Origin: Selaginella moellendorffii | Lineage: Eukaryota > Plantae > Lycopodiophyta | NCBI RefSeq assembly: GCF_000143415.4 | Contig: NW_003314331.1 | Span: 498,164 to 562,163 of the forward strand | Reading direction: 5' to 3' | DNA length: 64,000 nt | Shown here: positions 44,523 to 58,500 of the stretch, one piece after another | Numbering within the stretch: the first letter of the stretch is position 1 | How the letters are laid out: each line of letters opens with the position of its first letter | Made by a program: the position numbers and the translations under genes | The notes under the pieces: model-generated | What the model saw: only the letters and a program-made list of their open reading frames with translations | Database searches by the model: none | Told to the model about the DNA's origin: nothing

Positions 44523-47500
44523 AAGATGGAACCGGGACTGAGATCAAGGCCGAGACCGAATCCGAAGTCGGATCCGAAATCGGATCCGAGATCGAGCCAG
44601 AGACTAAGTCCAAATACTAATACGGGTCAAGGGGTGAAAGCCCAAAGCGTGCGTCTCCCAGGGGGGGGGGGGCTGCGGGGGGTTCCAAAAGTATAGTAGG
44701 GAGAGTGTGGGGGTTGGAGCCCAGTGGAGCCAGTTGGGCCAGGAAGGGCCAGTTTGGCCTAGGAAGGGCCAGTTTGGTCCGAGAAGGCCAGACCCAGTGT
44801 TGGGTGATGAACTGACCACTGGGAAGTCCAAGGCTAGAGTGAATACGGACCGACAAGCGGGGTAGCTTGGTGAAGTGTTCAAGAGCCGGCTCTAGTTCCC
44901 CCGGGAGATCGACTGGCCGATGCTCCCAGTCCAAGTGTGGGTGGCACTACCTACTTGGATACCAGGCATGGCTCAACGGAACCTCGCTCTAAGCCCATGG
45001 CTAGAGCACCCAAGGGCAGAAGGCGAGGAGAGTACCCAGGTGGCTCGCGTAAGGCCACGGGTTCCGAAATGTTGTCCCAAAGGCCCAGACTGTGGAAAGG
45101 AAGAGGAGCAGTCCTCTGGGGTAGTGACCAAGGACACAGTCGTGTGGTGAGGAAGTCCCAGAGGACCGTGGGACTTAGTGGTCGGGCCTGTGGGTCTCGA
45201 TCCAGTGGCAGTGTTGGCAAACACGGCCAGGGGCAGAAAGGGACTTAGTGGGGACTGACAGAGGGATATTGGGGAAGGCTATTCCCCTTGTCGGTGGGCA
45301 TCCTAAGGATGCTAAGGAGTGGATCTGAGATGACCACTCACGGATGGTTTGCCTAGTCTTGGAGAGCCAAGACGGTGATGCAAGTGGTATTGGACTACCA
45401 GTGTGGCAAAGGTGATTGGGCATGGCCTTAGCGTAACGGGCTGCGATGTCGGTGGTACCTTTGAGTGTCGGTCATGGGATCGGACACGTGGAGCACTTGG
45501 ACCAAGTGCAAATGTTGAGTGGCATGGATGCCATTCTCGGGGCTAGCAAGTCCCAAGTCCTGGATTGGACTTATGGAGGTTGTGAATGAGACTCCCCCAA
45601 GTGGTCGGAGGTGTGGTTAAGTGACTAAAGTAGAAAGGAAAATTTAGTCGCTTACATTTATAGAAATGAACTGATCTTGAGTTCCATGAGCAATTTCGTC
45701 GGGCCTTACAAGATTGAGGCACCAATTGGTAAGGTGGCTACTGCCTTCCACTTCTTCGAGAGATGGGGAAGATGCACTTTGTGTTCCATGTGAACTTATT
45801 CAAGCCATACTTTGAGGATCCGCTTCACAAGGACCAAGTAAGGCCTTTACTTAAGTTATCCAAGGGGAAAAGGAATATGAAGTCAAGGCCATCCTCAATG
45901 CATGCAAGAGTAAGAAATAAGGACGCAAAGTGAGGGAGTTTCATGTGAAGTGGAAAGGATTTCCACACTATGAAACAACATGGGAACCGGAGGAGAACCT
46001 AGCAAATGCGTGGGATCTAGTGGAGGAATTTTTGCAAGGTAGAACTTTATGTACTTATGCAAAATTTAATTAAAGAATCTATTTTGAGAAATTGAGCAAT
46101 GTCATATATTAGGACCCGAAAGTGCACTAAAGGTAAGCTAATTAGCATGGGTTATCTAGGTCAACCAGGCATAGAAAACCATGCTCAACTCCCTATAGGG
46201 ATGTTGAATCCGTAGACATATTTTACGGAGGTTGGGTTCAAGTCCCAACCCTTTAGTAAAGCAAGGTTGGGTTCAAGTCCCAACCCTTTAGTAAAGCAAG
46301 GTTGGGTTTAAGTCCCAACCTCATACTAGGGCATGGTGAGGGGAGGGGTGTAAAGACACCTATACTCCATTGTCATGGGCTCTTGGCCGGAGAGGCTAAT
46401 TTAGGCACACCACTGAGTGGGGGGATGCCCCTAGAGACATGGTCAACAAGTTGTAAGATTAAAAAGGAGTGTTTGATATGGGCATCGAACTTCTTCTATG
46501 GGTGGTAGAGTTGTAAGGAACCAACTCCCCGAGGTGTCAAAGGCTAAAGGATCCCCAAAAGCACGACCAAAATAATAAAGAGTTCATCAGATGAGACCGA
46601 GTCCGAGATCGAGTTCGAGACCGAGTTTGAGACTGACTTTAAGACAGAGTGCGAGACCGAGTGTGAGACCGAGTCTAAGATTGAGTCCAAGATCTAGTAT
46701 CGGGTCCGAGACCGAGTCTGAGATTGAGTCCGAGTAGAGTCTGAGATCGGGTCTGAGATCGGGTTCGAGATCAAGTCCAAGACCGAGTCTAAATACTAAT
46801 ACAGATCGTGGGTGAAAGCCCAAAGCGTGTGTCTCCTAGAGGGGGGGGGCTATAAGGGGGTTCCAAAAGTATAGTAGGATAGTGAGATCTAGGAACCAGT
46901 CTTGAAGGAACTCTCTAGTGGTGCTTCCAAACTGAATTGAGGTTGAGATTGGGGCCGAGGGGCCTTGGGTGGGAGTGAACATGGACTTGGGTGGTATCGG
47001 AGGGGCCACCCCAGGAAGTGCTCAAGAGCAGCTCTCACTCCTGGAAGGGAAACTGACTGTAGTGCTCTCGACTCATATAGAGTGGTGCCCCATTTGAGTA
47101 CCTTGCGGCTCATTGGTCCTCACCCTTCCTAGGGGCTTGGACCTTTTCTTCATGATGGAAGTGGGGGGAGTAAAGGTACCTATACTAGGCCATTAGGCTA
47201 CGGTGTTTCCCCCAGTGTCCCGAAGCAAATGTTGCACCCAAGCCTTGGGATTTAGAGGGTCCCATGATCAAGTCTTGTTATACCAAGGGATGTTAGGAAC
47301 CTGGAGGCTTGATGTGCTTAGTTGCTTGTGCCTACGGGGAGTGTAGGTGAACCTTAAATCTAGTTTAATCCAGGGAGGGGGATTGAGAGAGATTTGGGAA
47401 TCCGTGGATGAATGGCTAACACTCCATTGCTCGTATAAGGAGTAGCTGAAACTAAGTAGGACCAAGTAGGAGCTGGTATAATAAGCGGGAACCTTGGTGA

Positions 47501-47585
47501 GGGGACTTAGCTAAAGCCAAGGTAGTGTTGGTCGGATAGATAAAGTAAGCTGGCAAAGTGGAAAGGAAAAAATTTACGGCTTACA

Positions 47586-48249
47586 CAACCTTTTGATCTT
47601 CATGAACATTATCAAAAGAAAGTAAATTTTGCTTCACACCTTGTGAATATTGAATATCAAATATAACAACTATTGATGATATGGACTTCCCATAGACTCA
47701 CCCCAATACCCAAATGTGGTGAGTTGTTATAACACATTTTCACAAGTCCCAAATGACTTACCCAATCATTCTGGTCTCCGGAGACATAATATCACAAATA
47801 ATCCTCCAATTGCCTATTCACCCTTTTTGTTTATTCATCTGTCAAAAAGTGTTATTGCCATCAAACTTGACTTAGGCTATACTAAATTTCAACTTGGTGT
47901 AATACTATTCCAAAAGAGTTCTCCAGAACGTATTGGTAAATATCTTATCTCGATCTAAGATAATCTTTTTTGATCTTCCTCACACTCGAACCACTTGTTC
48001 AAAAAACAATTTTGCCACACCTTCTGCATCCACTTCTTTTGTGGTGGGTATAAAATGTGCCATTTTCAAAAACTGATCCACCACCACGAATACCGTATCA
48101 AACCCCTCACTTAGGGGGAGTCCTATGATGAAGTCCATTATAAGACATTTCCACAGACAATCGCTTTGTAACAAGCCCCCACTAGCCTTAGTCATGGCTT
48201 TAACTTGTTGAACATGTCTTTACATAATCTTGGATGTTTTTAGCTATAT
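47586..48249 (-). mobile_element. Degenerate gypsy integrase core fragment (continues at about 49275-49400)
   Basis: MDFIIGLPLSEGFDTVFVVVDQFLKMAHFIPT..AKLFFEQVVR. Confidence 0.85.
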
Positions 48250-49274
48250 TATAACGCATGTGATCATGGGATGAAATTTGGATATACTGTCATCATGGAT
48301 CCTTGGAACCTTGGGGGATAAATGGGGATAAAATAGCCACTAAGGGCTCTCTCATCAAGCAATTGCCCTTTTTCCAGTTGGCTTAAGGGGAGAGAGATAA
48401 GGTGCGCTACAGTTGGTATCAGAGAAAATGGCACGGATTCGATTCTCATTGATTAGTGGCTATTTAAAATATAATATACCCTTGAACAAGGTATATTCTT
48501 ACCCTTAAATTTGAAATCGTACGTATTGGGCATCCATGCGTACGTCCTTCCTCTTGTGTGGAGTATCCACAGACGAAGGTATCCATCGTGGGACTGCGGT
48601 ACGGGTGGATGACTACGTCCTTCCTCTTGTGTGGAGTATCCACAGACGAAGGTATCCATCGTGGGACTGCGGTACGGGTGGATGACTAGTTGCCTCATAT
48701 AAAATAGCTGGTCTACACAATGGAAGGATTAGTAGATTTAGTGTGGAAATGGAGGTGTTGATTCCCCTTGGCTTAGTAGGGGTTGTTAGTTAATAGTCAA
48801 TGAAGACATTGACATCTCTAAAGGGTTGTTAATCAATAGTCAATGAAGACATAATCATAATAATCATGGGATGAAATTTGGATATACTGTCATCGTGGAT
48901 TCAATGCGGAAATGGAGGTGTTAAATGTAGCGCATATAATCATGGGATGAAATTTGGATATACTGTCACCGTGGATTCAATGCGGAAATGGAGGTGTTAA
49001 GTGTAGCGATATATTGTCACCGTAGTTAATAATCAATGAGGACATTGACATCTTTGAAGGGTTGTTAGTCAATAGTCAATGAAGACATTGATATCTCTGA
49101 AGGGGGGGTGAGTGTAGCGCATATAATCATGGGATGAAATTTGGATATACTGTCACCATGGATCCTTGGAACCTTGGGGGATAAATGGGGATAAAATAGC
49201 CACTAAGGGCTTTCTCATCAAGCAGTTGCCCTTTTTCCAGTTGGCTTAAAGGGAGAGAGATAAAGTGCGCTACA
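48250..49274 (+). mobile_element. TRIM (terminal-repeat retrotransposon in miniature), 162-bp LTRs 48250-48411 and 49113-49274
   Basis: TSD TATAT on both sides, LTR termini TGTAGCGCA..TGCGCTACA, PBS TGGTATCAGAG at 48414, PPT aagggggggtgag, non-coding interior. Confidence 0.9.
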
Positions 49275-52200
49275 TATATCTAGCTAATGATACTTTCTCT
49301 TGAGTAATAACATTGTCTTGGGCACTCTCTTGTTTCCCACCAGAAGTCCATCATTTACACCATGTTCAATTTTAAATCCTTCCTTAGTAGCCTTAGAGGT
49401 GTGCACACATGACCTAGCCTTGCAATGCACTAGAGATGTCAACATAGCCTTTCCAAACATGCTCACTCTAAGGTACTTGGGACTTTAATAGAAACACACT
49501 TGTTGTTCAAACAAAAGCACATACATCCACATCCACAAAACAAATATAAGCACACTCCAATCTAAGCCACACTCAATATGTTATTAAGCAACAAAACACT
49601 TTCTACTTTAAAGCACACTCCAAGAAACATTAAATACAAAAATCCTTGAGGGGTGGGGTGAGACCTAGCCTAACTCTCATTCCTTATTGTTTTCCATTCT
49701 TATTCTCTAGCTCCAAGATTCTTATCATTTTGAAATCCTTTGCATGTGTTGTAGCTTATTATTGTACAATCCTTACCTTCAATGAAGATATATATTTAAT
49801 TTACATCCTTACATATTAGTGGATTCCCCACTAAAATCTTTATAAACACACTTCCAATCCTTTCATTTGAAGTCTTAATAGAAGGATTCCCCTCTAAAAT
49901 CCCTTTTAACCTTAGTTTTATGAACCCTTGACAATAGTTCATGGGAAAACATTTTTGAAGGATTTTTCTTTCAAAATTGCATCTCTAGCTCCTACTACTT
50001 AGGCATGATCCCTTATTAGGTTTTTTGTTACTGCATGCTCTATCTCCATGCTTGTACCTTTGGCCCATGTGCACTAATTTTAGCCTTAATAGGGACCACT
50101 TAAAATCTATCCAAACTTTCCCCACTCATAAATTCTTTGTTAGCATCCTTACCACCTGGCCCTTCATCATTTGATGAAGCTTTGAGCTCCTTAACTTGTG
50201 TCACAACCTTATAAACAAAGAAGGTATATGCATCCCTTCTTTATACCTTCTATAGCCTTCTTCATCTCTAGAAGCCTCCCTCAAGTATCTTTATTGTTGA
50301 TGGCAACATTTATTCCTAATTGTTTGGGACCCTCTTGAAATGAGAATTTGCCTTCTCCTTGATCACTCGATTGGCTTGGATAAGAAAGAAACTTGGAGAA
50401 AGAGAATCAATAGAATGAATTTACACACTTCATTGAATTCCACAAGCAATCCATTGACTAGTTGATGTGCTCATTCCTTGCCCATCTTTGCAACCTCGTC
50501 CATGATTTGGTCCATTTGGATTCTCCCACTGTTTCTGTTGCTACTATTGTTCTTGCTACTCCCGTTCCTGTCACTCCTGCTCCTACTTGACTTAGAATCT
50601 CTCCACAAGTGGTATACTTTAACAAGCTTGCTTATGATCCAACCAACAGCCTTGAAAAGACAATTCATCTTTCTCTTCTTGCAAACACAATTCCTCTCTT
50701 CTCTAGAAAACCTAGAAGAGAATGAGCAAACATAAATTTAAATGAAGTGGGAGTCTAGTGACGACAAACAATTCAAATTTGTTATGCATTCACAAGTAAC
50801 AATCACTTACATCTTTACTAGTATCTCCTATAAGAATGTGAACCCAAAAGATTTCTTGATCCACAAGAGTGGAGAACCAAAGATTGGCAAGAAAACCTTT
50901 GATATAGCTTGTGGATGCTATAAAATCCAATGTCCACAATGACAAACCTAATAATAGAACAAGAACAATCTGATCACTATTAATTTGAACACAAGGAATA
51001 TACTTATAACCTTATATTTGAAAATATTTAGTCAAATAGTCAATGATAAGTCGGTAAAAGGAGTAGTATAATGGATTGCCATGGGTACTAATTGTTTGGA
51101 CGATGTTTTGTCGAAGTGGCAGAGATGTGGTATGGAAGAGTTTGATCAATCTTTGCTTTCTCGAGTTCTAGAGTTGACAGATTTGCCAACTATGCTACAG
51201 TGCCGAGGCATGTGTAAATTTTAGAAGTGGACAATCAATCTTGCATTGATGTACTTAACCATCCTAAAAGATGCAATGAATAAACTCATCATTTAAATTA
51301 TGTGGCATGGAATATTTGATATATTAATCTAGTAATGATTCCTTAATCTCTTGCTGACACAACCCAATCACTCTCTACTTGGTAGTGGCAACCTCACAAT
51401 GTGAAACAAGTGCACACACATGACTTAGCTTCTCAATGCACTAGAGATGTTGACATAGGATTTCCAAACATACTCACTCCAAGATACTTGGGACACTAAT
51501 AAAAACACACTTGTTGTTCAAACAAAAACACACACATCTACATTCATAGAATGAATATGAACACACTCCAATTAAAGCCACACTTAATATGCTATTAAGC
51601 AACAAAACACTTTCTACTTTAAAACACACTCTAATAAATGTTAAATGCAAAAATCTTTGAGGGGTGGGATGAGCTCTAGCCTAATTCTTACTTTTTATTA
51701 TTTCCCACTTTTATTTTTTAGCTCCAAGATTCTCAATATTTTGAAATCTTTTGTATGTGTTTTAGCCTATTATTATACCATCTTTGCCCTCAACCAAGAT
51801 GTATATTTAATTTGCATCCTTACATATTGGTGGATTCCCTCTTGGAATTTTCATAAACACACTTCCAATCTTTTCACTTGAAATCTTAATAGGCCTTTGG
51901 AATCCCAGCTAGAGGTACAATTCTGAAGGAAAATCCTTCAAAGGTGTTTTTTCTTGCCAACCAATGTTAGAGGTTCATAAGGTTAAAATTAAGGCTACTT
52001 GGGAATGATTTTTTACTATGTTCTTTGTTATTGTATATTTTATCTCTATACTTGTATCTTTGGGGTTTAATAGGGACCATTTAAAACCTATCTAAACTTT
52101 TCTCACTCATAAATTCTTTGTTGACATCTTTACCAACTAACCCTTCATCATTTGATGAAATTTTGAGCTCCCTAACTTGTGCCACAACCTCATAAACAAA

Positions 52201-52514
52201 TAAAGTATATGCATTCCTTCTTTGTGCCTTCCATAGCCTTATTCATCTCTAAAAACCTCTTTTAAACATCTTTATTGTTGATGGCAACATTTATTCTTAA
52301 TTGTTTGGAAGCCCCTTTCCTCTTCTTGAGATGAGAATTTGCCTTCTCCTTGATGACTTGATCGGCTTGGATATAAAAGAAACTTGGAGAAAGAGAATCA
52401 ATAAAATGAATTTACACACCTCACTAAATTCCATGAGCAATCCATTAGCCAGTTGATGTGCTCGTTCCTTGCCCATCCTTGCAGCCTTGTTCATGATTTG
52501 GTCTATTGGGATTC

Positions 52515-55500
52515 TGTAGCGCACGTGGTTTTGACCCTTTATCCTATAGTGATTTACCATAGGATAACACCACGAAGTGAAACCTAAACCCTCTTTGTGC
52601 CACGTGACAGATGCCACGTGTCACATGCCACGTGTCTATGCCACGTGTCCACAGGAACCCGAGATTCAGGGCCTTGGGCCACTAAACGAAGGAACGGTGC
52701 CAAACTCCCAAGCATGGAGCCGAGGAGTGACAGAACCGAACCACGGAGCAACTCCCAAGCATGAAGCCCAAGGAGCGAAGGGGCGGGAGCCCGGAGCGAC
52801 TTGGAACAGTCCTAGAGCAACCAGCATCCCAATGCCAGGACCAGCACGCAAAACGGAGCCAAACGGAGTCTGGCGCTATTTCGGCATACTGGTGGCCTAA
52901 CGCGAGGACATGGGTACTCCACCAGCTAGCATGGAATGGAACTTGGGCTTAGACCCAAGCCGGACGCAGAACAAGGACAGGCACGCAAGCGGGAGCTAGA
53001 CTATGCCTCAGGTTGGTCGGCCATGCCCGACCTACCCACTATCCCTACTATACATTTGGAACCCCCCACAGCCCCCCCCCCCCCCCCTTGAGGAAACACA
53101 CGCTTTGGGCTTTCACCCCAAGGCCCTCCCTTAGAATGGGGGAGGTAAGTCGTTGGGGAAGAGCTTGAAAGCTCCCAAAGTATGGGAATGTGCCCNNNNN
53201 NNNNNNNNNNNNNNNNNNNNNNNNNNNNNNNNNNNNNNNNNNNNNNNNNNNNNNNNNNNNNNNNNNNNNNNNNNNNNNNNNNNNNNNNNNNNNNNCTTAC
53301 TAAATATGGAATGTCCCTAGATTGCGAATTTGGACATGGGACGAACACCATTGTGTTCAGGACGATCTCTACATTCCGTAGATATGCCAAATGAGCAAAT
53401 CTGGACACTTTCCATAAATAGCATTTAGGACCGAAATGAGACTAATGCTAAGGGCATGATAGCGAGGGTGTTTGGCAGACACGGTAAGCTATCATGTAGC
53501 GATATTGAGGGACCAATCTCAATACGCGAGGGTTCTTGTCAAGCCAGTGCAAGACAGAGCAAAAGAGAACTAAAAAGCCAGGCCAAGTATGCTTGGCTGA
53601 ATAGACATTTAGGAATTCCGTCCTTATGCTCATCCGGCCAAGTACAGATGCAAAGTCCAGTTTACTAACACTTGAACAAGAGGGGCTGATAAAGGGTCCA
53701 GCAATACCGACCTCCTGCCATCGTGGCAGTAAGGTAAGAGTGTCCGTAAGGACTAGTCGACAGGTAACTTTCGATACCCGAAGTCACATGCGTGACACTC
53801 TCCCCCCCTAGGGAAGATCGACGTCCTCGTCGATGCATACTCGAGTCTAGAATACCGCCAAGGAAACAACTCCAGAAAAAGTTCACGGTACTCACACTAC
53901 GTGAGAAATGCACCAACTTAAATGAGTTAAGGGTAACCTCTTTGTCTAACGCGGATGCGCTACCAGCTCAGACACCTTTCGGCCGTCGCCGACAAGGAAA
54001 TGACCAACGGAGTTAGCCACCCTTGCTGCTCTGGGAGTCACCCAGCTTACAAAAGTGTGATATGCCCTGCCTGCAGGAACATAGAGAGAGAAGTCAGAAG
54101 CCCCAACCCTCCTAAGCAAAGAAACCAAACCCGTCGGTAAGGTTTAGATAGACTACTGTAAACAGGCAGTTAGAGTTGTTTACACGGTCACGCCCTTTTA
54201 ACGGAATAAGGAACATCGACAGAGAGGCGGGTTATGTGACCAGTCTACAGTAGCTACCCCATGACTAGAGATTTCAACATGCACACGAAGTGCCGAAGCC
54301 AGTCTGCCTATACTAGCCCAAACTCAAAGATCAATAGATGGACAATATCAAAGTCAGAGACAATGATATCTTAGAAGGTTAATTATCAGTGATTATATCT
54401 TAGAGTAGAACACAAAAGTATTCTAAGCAAGTTATCATCCGATAAACCAGTAGTATTGTACAGGAACCACCAAGATCATCATAATTGGTAAATATAGGAT
54501 TCACCATCAAACAAAATTCAATAGCAAGTATATCATCAAGTAAACTCAATGATAAAGTTTAACTATTAAAGATTGCAGATAGAATACTAAACAACTTACG
54601 AAAGACAACTCAAAGAACACAAAGTATCATTGACTGATAAGCAAAATACTCGCGAATGTATCACCCAAAGGAAATAACATCCAAATCTATCAAAACTAAC
54701 TTGAGCAACAATCAACAGAAGAGAATGAATGTGGTAAGACCAATAAACACTCATTCCTGCCAACTATCACAAAAGCTAATCTGAATAGATCCCAGCCAAC
54801 AATACCAAGGAACTCAAGTTGCCTAAGCAAGTGTCAGCAACATCCTACTAATGTCTCAAACCCAAGAGACCAATCCAGAGCAAATCACAAAGAACATGTG
54901 ATATTGCGAAAAGCCACAAGCCATCAAAGAGAACAACTAACAATCATGAAAGATCATCAATCATCCCATCAATAAAGAGATGCATAATCATCGTCTAAGA
55001 AAGAATCCACTACCCCGAAGAATAGCGAATCATTCTATATCAACAACAATCAAACAAAACTTTTTGATAAGGATAATTAACTATCCTAGATGATAGTCAA
55101 TCGTCACCAATGATTGCCAGATGCAAATACTAACGTCAACATCGAAGCTAATGAGCTAAAATGCCTTCCCCAACAACTCTTAACAAATGGAACAATGAGC
55201 ATAAACTCAAAGAACCAAAAGCTTGAAGAAGTCTATAGCTAAGTTTTTGCCTAACAATGATCATGAGTCTCGCATGAACTAACTTCAATGCTAAAGAAGA
55301 AATTATGGCACACCCCACAATATCCTCCTCAACACATCCATAAACTAACTTCATAATGCAAAGCTAATGAAGAGCATGTCTGCATCAATCCAAAAGCTAA
55401 GCATAACGAAACTATGCTCAACAAGTGATCACCAAACGATCCTCCATGAATCCATCTATAACAAGACGTAACTCACTTCATAATGTTCGATATATTCTAA

Positions 55501-58500
55501 CTCAAATCCAATAAGGATTCAAACGTTCCAATATCAATTACTAACTCTTCCGCTTATAGAGTTAGTATAGTCCATGTTTGAATCACTTTTCAAGGAAAAG
55601 CCAAAGCTTAACCCCTACTAAATAATCTTGTCTAGAACACAACTAACTCAAACTTGCCACTCAGTTCATTTGAACATCAACATAGTTGCGAACTAGCAAA
55701 TGTACGAATGCCAATAACACAAAGCCATAGCCAAATCATCAACACTATCTTCATTAAGACTAATGAAACTCGACATCAATCTTGTGGAGAGACATCTCAT
55801 TTCACTAAAATCTCAACATCAACAATGTCAATGACAAGGCATCACTTCAATGCCATCAACACTAGAACAAAGCTAGAAGAAAGCACAAGTGTATCACCAC
55901 TCAAAACTCTCTAGCAACCAAGCTAACCAAAGTCGAAGATACTTTACTTAGTATCCGAGACCAATCTCTCAACAATACTCAGGTACAGATAACACTTCAT
56001 CAAGGAGTGATTCACCACGTCCAAAACTCAATGAAATCCAACACTATGAACTAAACACAACCAAATGATATCAACAGAGGTAGAGTCGACATGCCAACAT
56101 AGAAAACCCATGTAAGTCTAACGACACGATCCTCCGCAACCCCATTCGGTAAAGCAAGCCCATCACTGCTAAATCATCATCGAGTGAAGCAAGTGTCAAC
56201 AGTCTTTTGACAAAGTCTACAAACAATCATTAGTTGCAAAGCAACTAACAATCACTCTTTCAACTTGCCTTCACAAGACCCAAACACTAAACTCATGTCA
56301 TCGAGTCATACACTTGTCCAACATGAACGCGATACCTCCGGTATGAGATAAAAGTTCATAGACAAGCACAAACCAAATGACCACTCAAATCCAACTCAAC
56401 CACGATAAGCTCACCAAAGCATTTAGCCACTAGCTCTGAGCATGCCTTGAAGAGGCTAGCTAAGCATGATCAACATTTAGTCGAAACTAAAGTGAAGACC
56501 ATGAGATGGACTCATATCGGTACACAACCTCCTTATAGACAAAGCTATAGTATGGGTACCAACATCTCAAACTCAAACAACTAAGTTGGACATCACCATT
56601 CTCAGCCAAGGCGCAAGGCCACCAAGACCAAGTCAAGATCAGTGAGAGCTCACTACTCTCATAGAGTCTAACGAAATGCAAAGTGCAACCTGCCACCAAG
56701 CATAACGCTACAAAAGAAAGGCACAAGGGTCACCTTTCTGGAAAAGTGCAACGGCCACTTTTCTACACTAACTCCAGACTCTATTCAACTCAATTGCCTT
56801 AGCCCTAAAAGTTAGCATCCCTTTCGGGCCGCATCATACAAACTACTTACTAAGATCTAAGCCAACCGAAGTCAACTCCAACCCCTTTACTAGTTTGTAT
56901 TGGCTTTTGAAAATGGAATGGTTTTCGAGCAAAGTGATAACAGATCAGCCATTGGAAAAGTCTAAGAAAATTTGTGGAAAAAAATTTTCCATCCTAGAGA
57001 AAGAATGACTCTCAGTCCAGGGATACAAACTTTCAAAACTCAACCAACTTCCTCCTACTAACAACTTCACATAAGTTCACCTCAACACAAATTCTCATGA
57101 CCCACGGTATGCTTAAGCCTCGAACATCTTTTTGCCCATACTTTCGACATCCAACTCCGACATCCGTAGAATGCAAAATGAACATCTAAAGCTTGATCAC
57201 GAAGACCACATCTTCGGATATTCACATTGCACTAACACTTTTCTTCAATCACCTTCAAGATCCAATGTGAAGACAAAACACTAACAAGAAAAATGACATG
57301 GAAAATCAAGCTTTAAGGAAAATTCCTCATCACTCGAACAACAATGCCACTTCCACTAACACAAGTGCTAGCAATGTCAATGCCTTAACTTCACACCTTC
57401 TCTATCCAACAATCTACTCCAAGTGTTAACGAATTAACTAATGAGCTATAGCAAATGAATGCTACAACCCTTTCCAACACTTTATGGGCAAACCCTCAAG
57501 GAAACAAGGAACCAACTTAAGCTTAGCATAATAGACCACCATCGAGAATCCAGTCAAAGCTACTACAATGCTACTTCGTGCAAGTAGACTAGCTTCACCA
57601 TCAACCACTTTGGGGTTGATCATCATTTAACCAGCAACTTCGTAAACACATTGCTCATTATCACATGGATATGATATAGAAATCACAATGACTTGATCAT
57701 CAATTGAGCAACACCACAAACAATGCCAATGTCATTACTTCAAAGGTTTACATGAATATCAAGTGCCAACTCAACTTGACAGAATGCAACATAAATGCCA
57801 CACTCTACCGATAGAGATTTACAACACCTAATACCACTAACTTTTGTTCACAACACAGACAAGCTCATGCCCCTCACTATCCAATCAAAAACTCAAGACT
57901 TAACCCAACACCAAGCTACTCAAGGAGCAATAGCTAGGTTCCCCGGAAAAGAATTGAGCATTGTAACCCAAGTCTTCCAATAGCGAGCTTAGACAAAATG
58001 GTTTAACGCTTCACCGCTATCCATCCCATAACTCACCATTTGTAAGACCATCATAATCAACATGCATCAAGATAGGGACTCTTGATTGCATAATGTGAAT
58101 ACGAGCAATGAGTCAACACCTCGTTGCAAATCATCTCTCCAAGAAGAAAAGATGATTTACGTGTTTGATCCTCCGTCCCCGATGACTCTCTTTTCGGTCT
58201 CATCTTTGACCAAACCTCAAGCTTGCTTTCGCACTGCCTTCAGTCCAATCCAAGAAAAGTTTATGAAAGAGCACAACAATGATTACTTGAACCAATAGAC
58301 TAACCCCTACAGTCTTAGTTGATCCACTTGTAATCATGCCTAGGAAGGATCTACTAGTGCCGTGCTAAACAGCTACGGACCAGCCTATTTGCCACTCATA
58401 GCAAACCCAGGGAAAGTTTGCTTTCACCCACGGTACATGGAACAACTTATGGAACCACCGATAGGCTAACATTAATCTTGCCAACTCAAAGTTTAATCTC

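Larger units (their letters stand above)
38009..45656 (+). mobile_element. Young non-autonomous LTR retroelement (element B) nested in the integrase of A; LTRs 38009-39869 and 43936-45656
   Basis: 5-bp TSD TTTAT on both sides, TG..CA ends, PBS TGGTATCGGAGC (39873), PPT gggtggtggagt. LTRs are near-identical outside the repeat array. The ~4-kb interior has no long ORF. Confidence 0.95.
33064..47585 (+). mobile_element. Degenerate Ty3/gypsy chromovirus (element A): LTRs 33064-34207 and 46512-47585, interrupted by element B
   Basis: TG..CA LTRs and PBS TGGTATCAGA (34211, tRNA-iMet). Gag knuckle CFNCGEVEHFSREC, protease [17 protein letters not shown], RNase H ETDAS, integrase, chromodomain EYEVKAIL..FHVKWKGFPHYETTWEPEENL (45870-46040), PPT. 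Many stops. No matching TSD. Confidence 0.9.

Noticed and set aside
53120-53195. Sequence difference between the two LTRs of element C
   Set aside because: Immediately adjacent to the N gap; likely low-quality or misjoined contig end.
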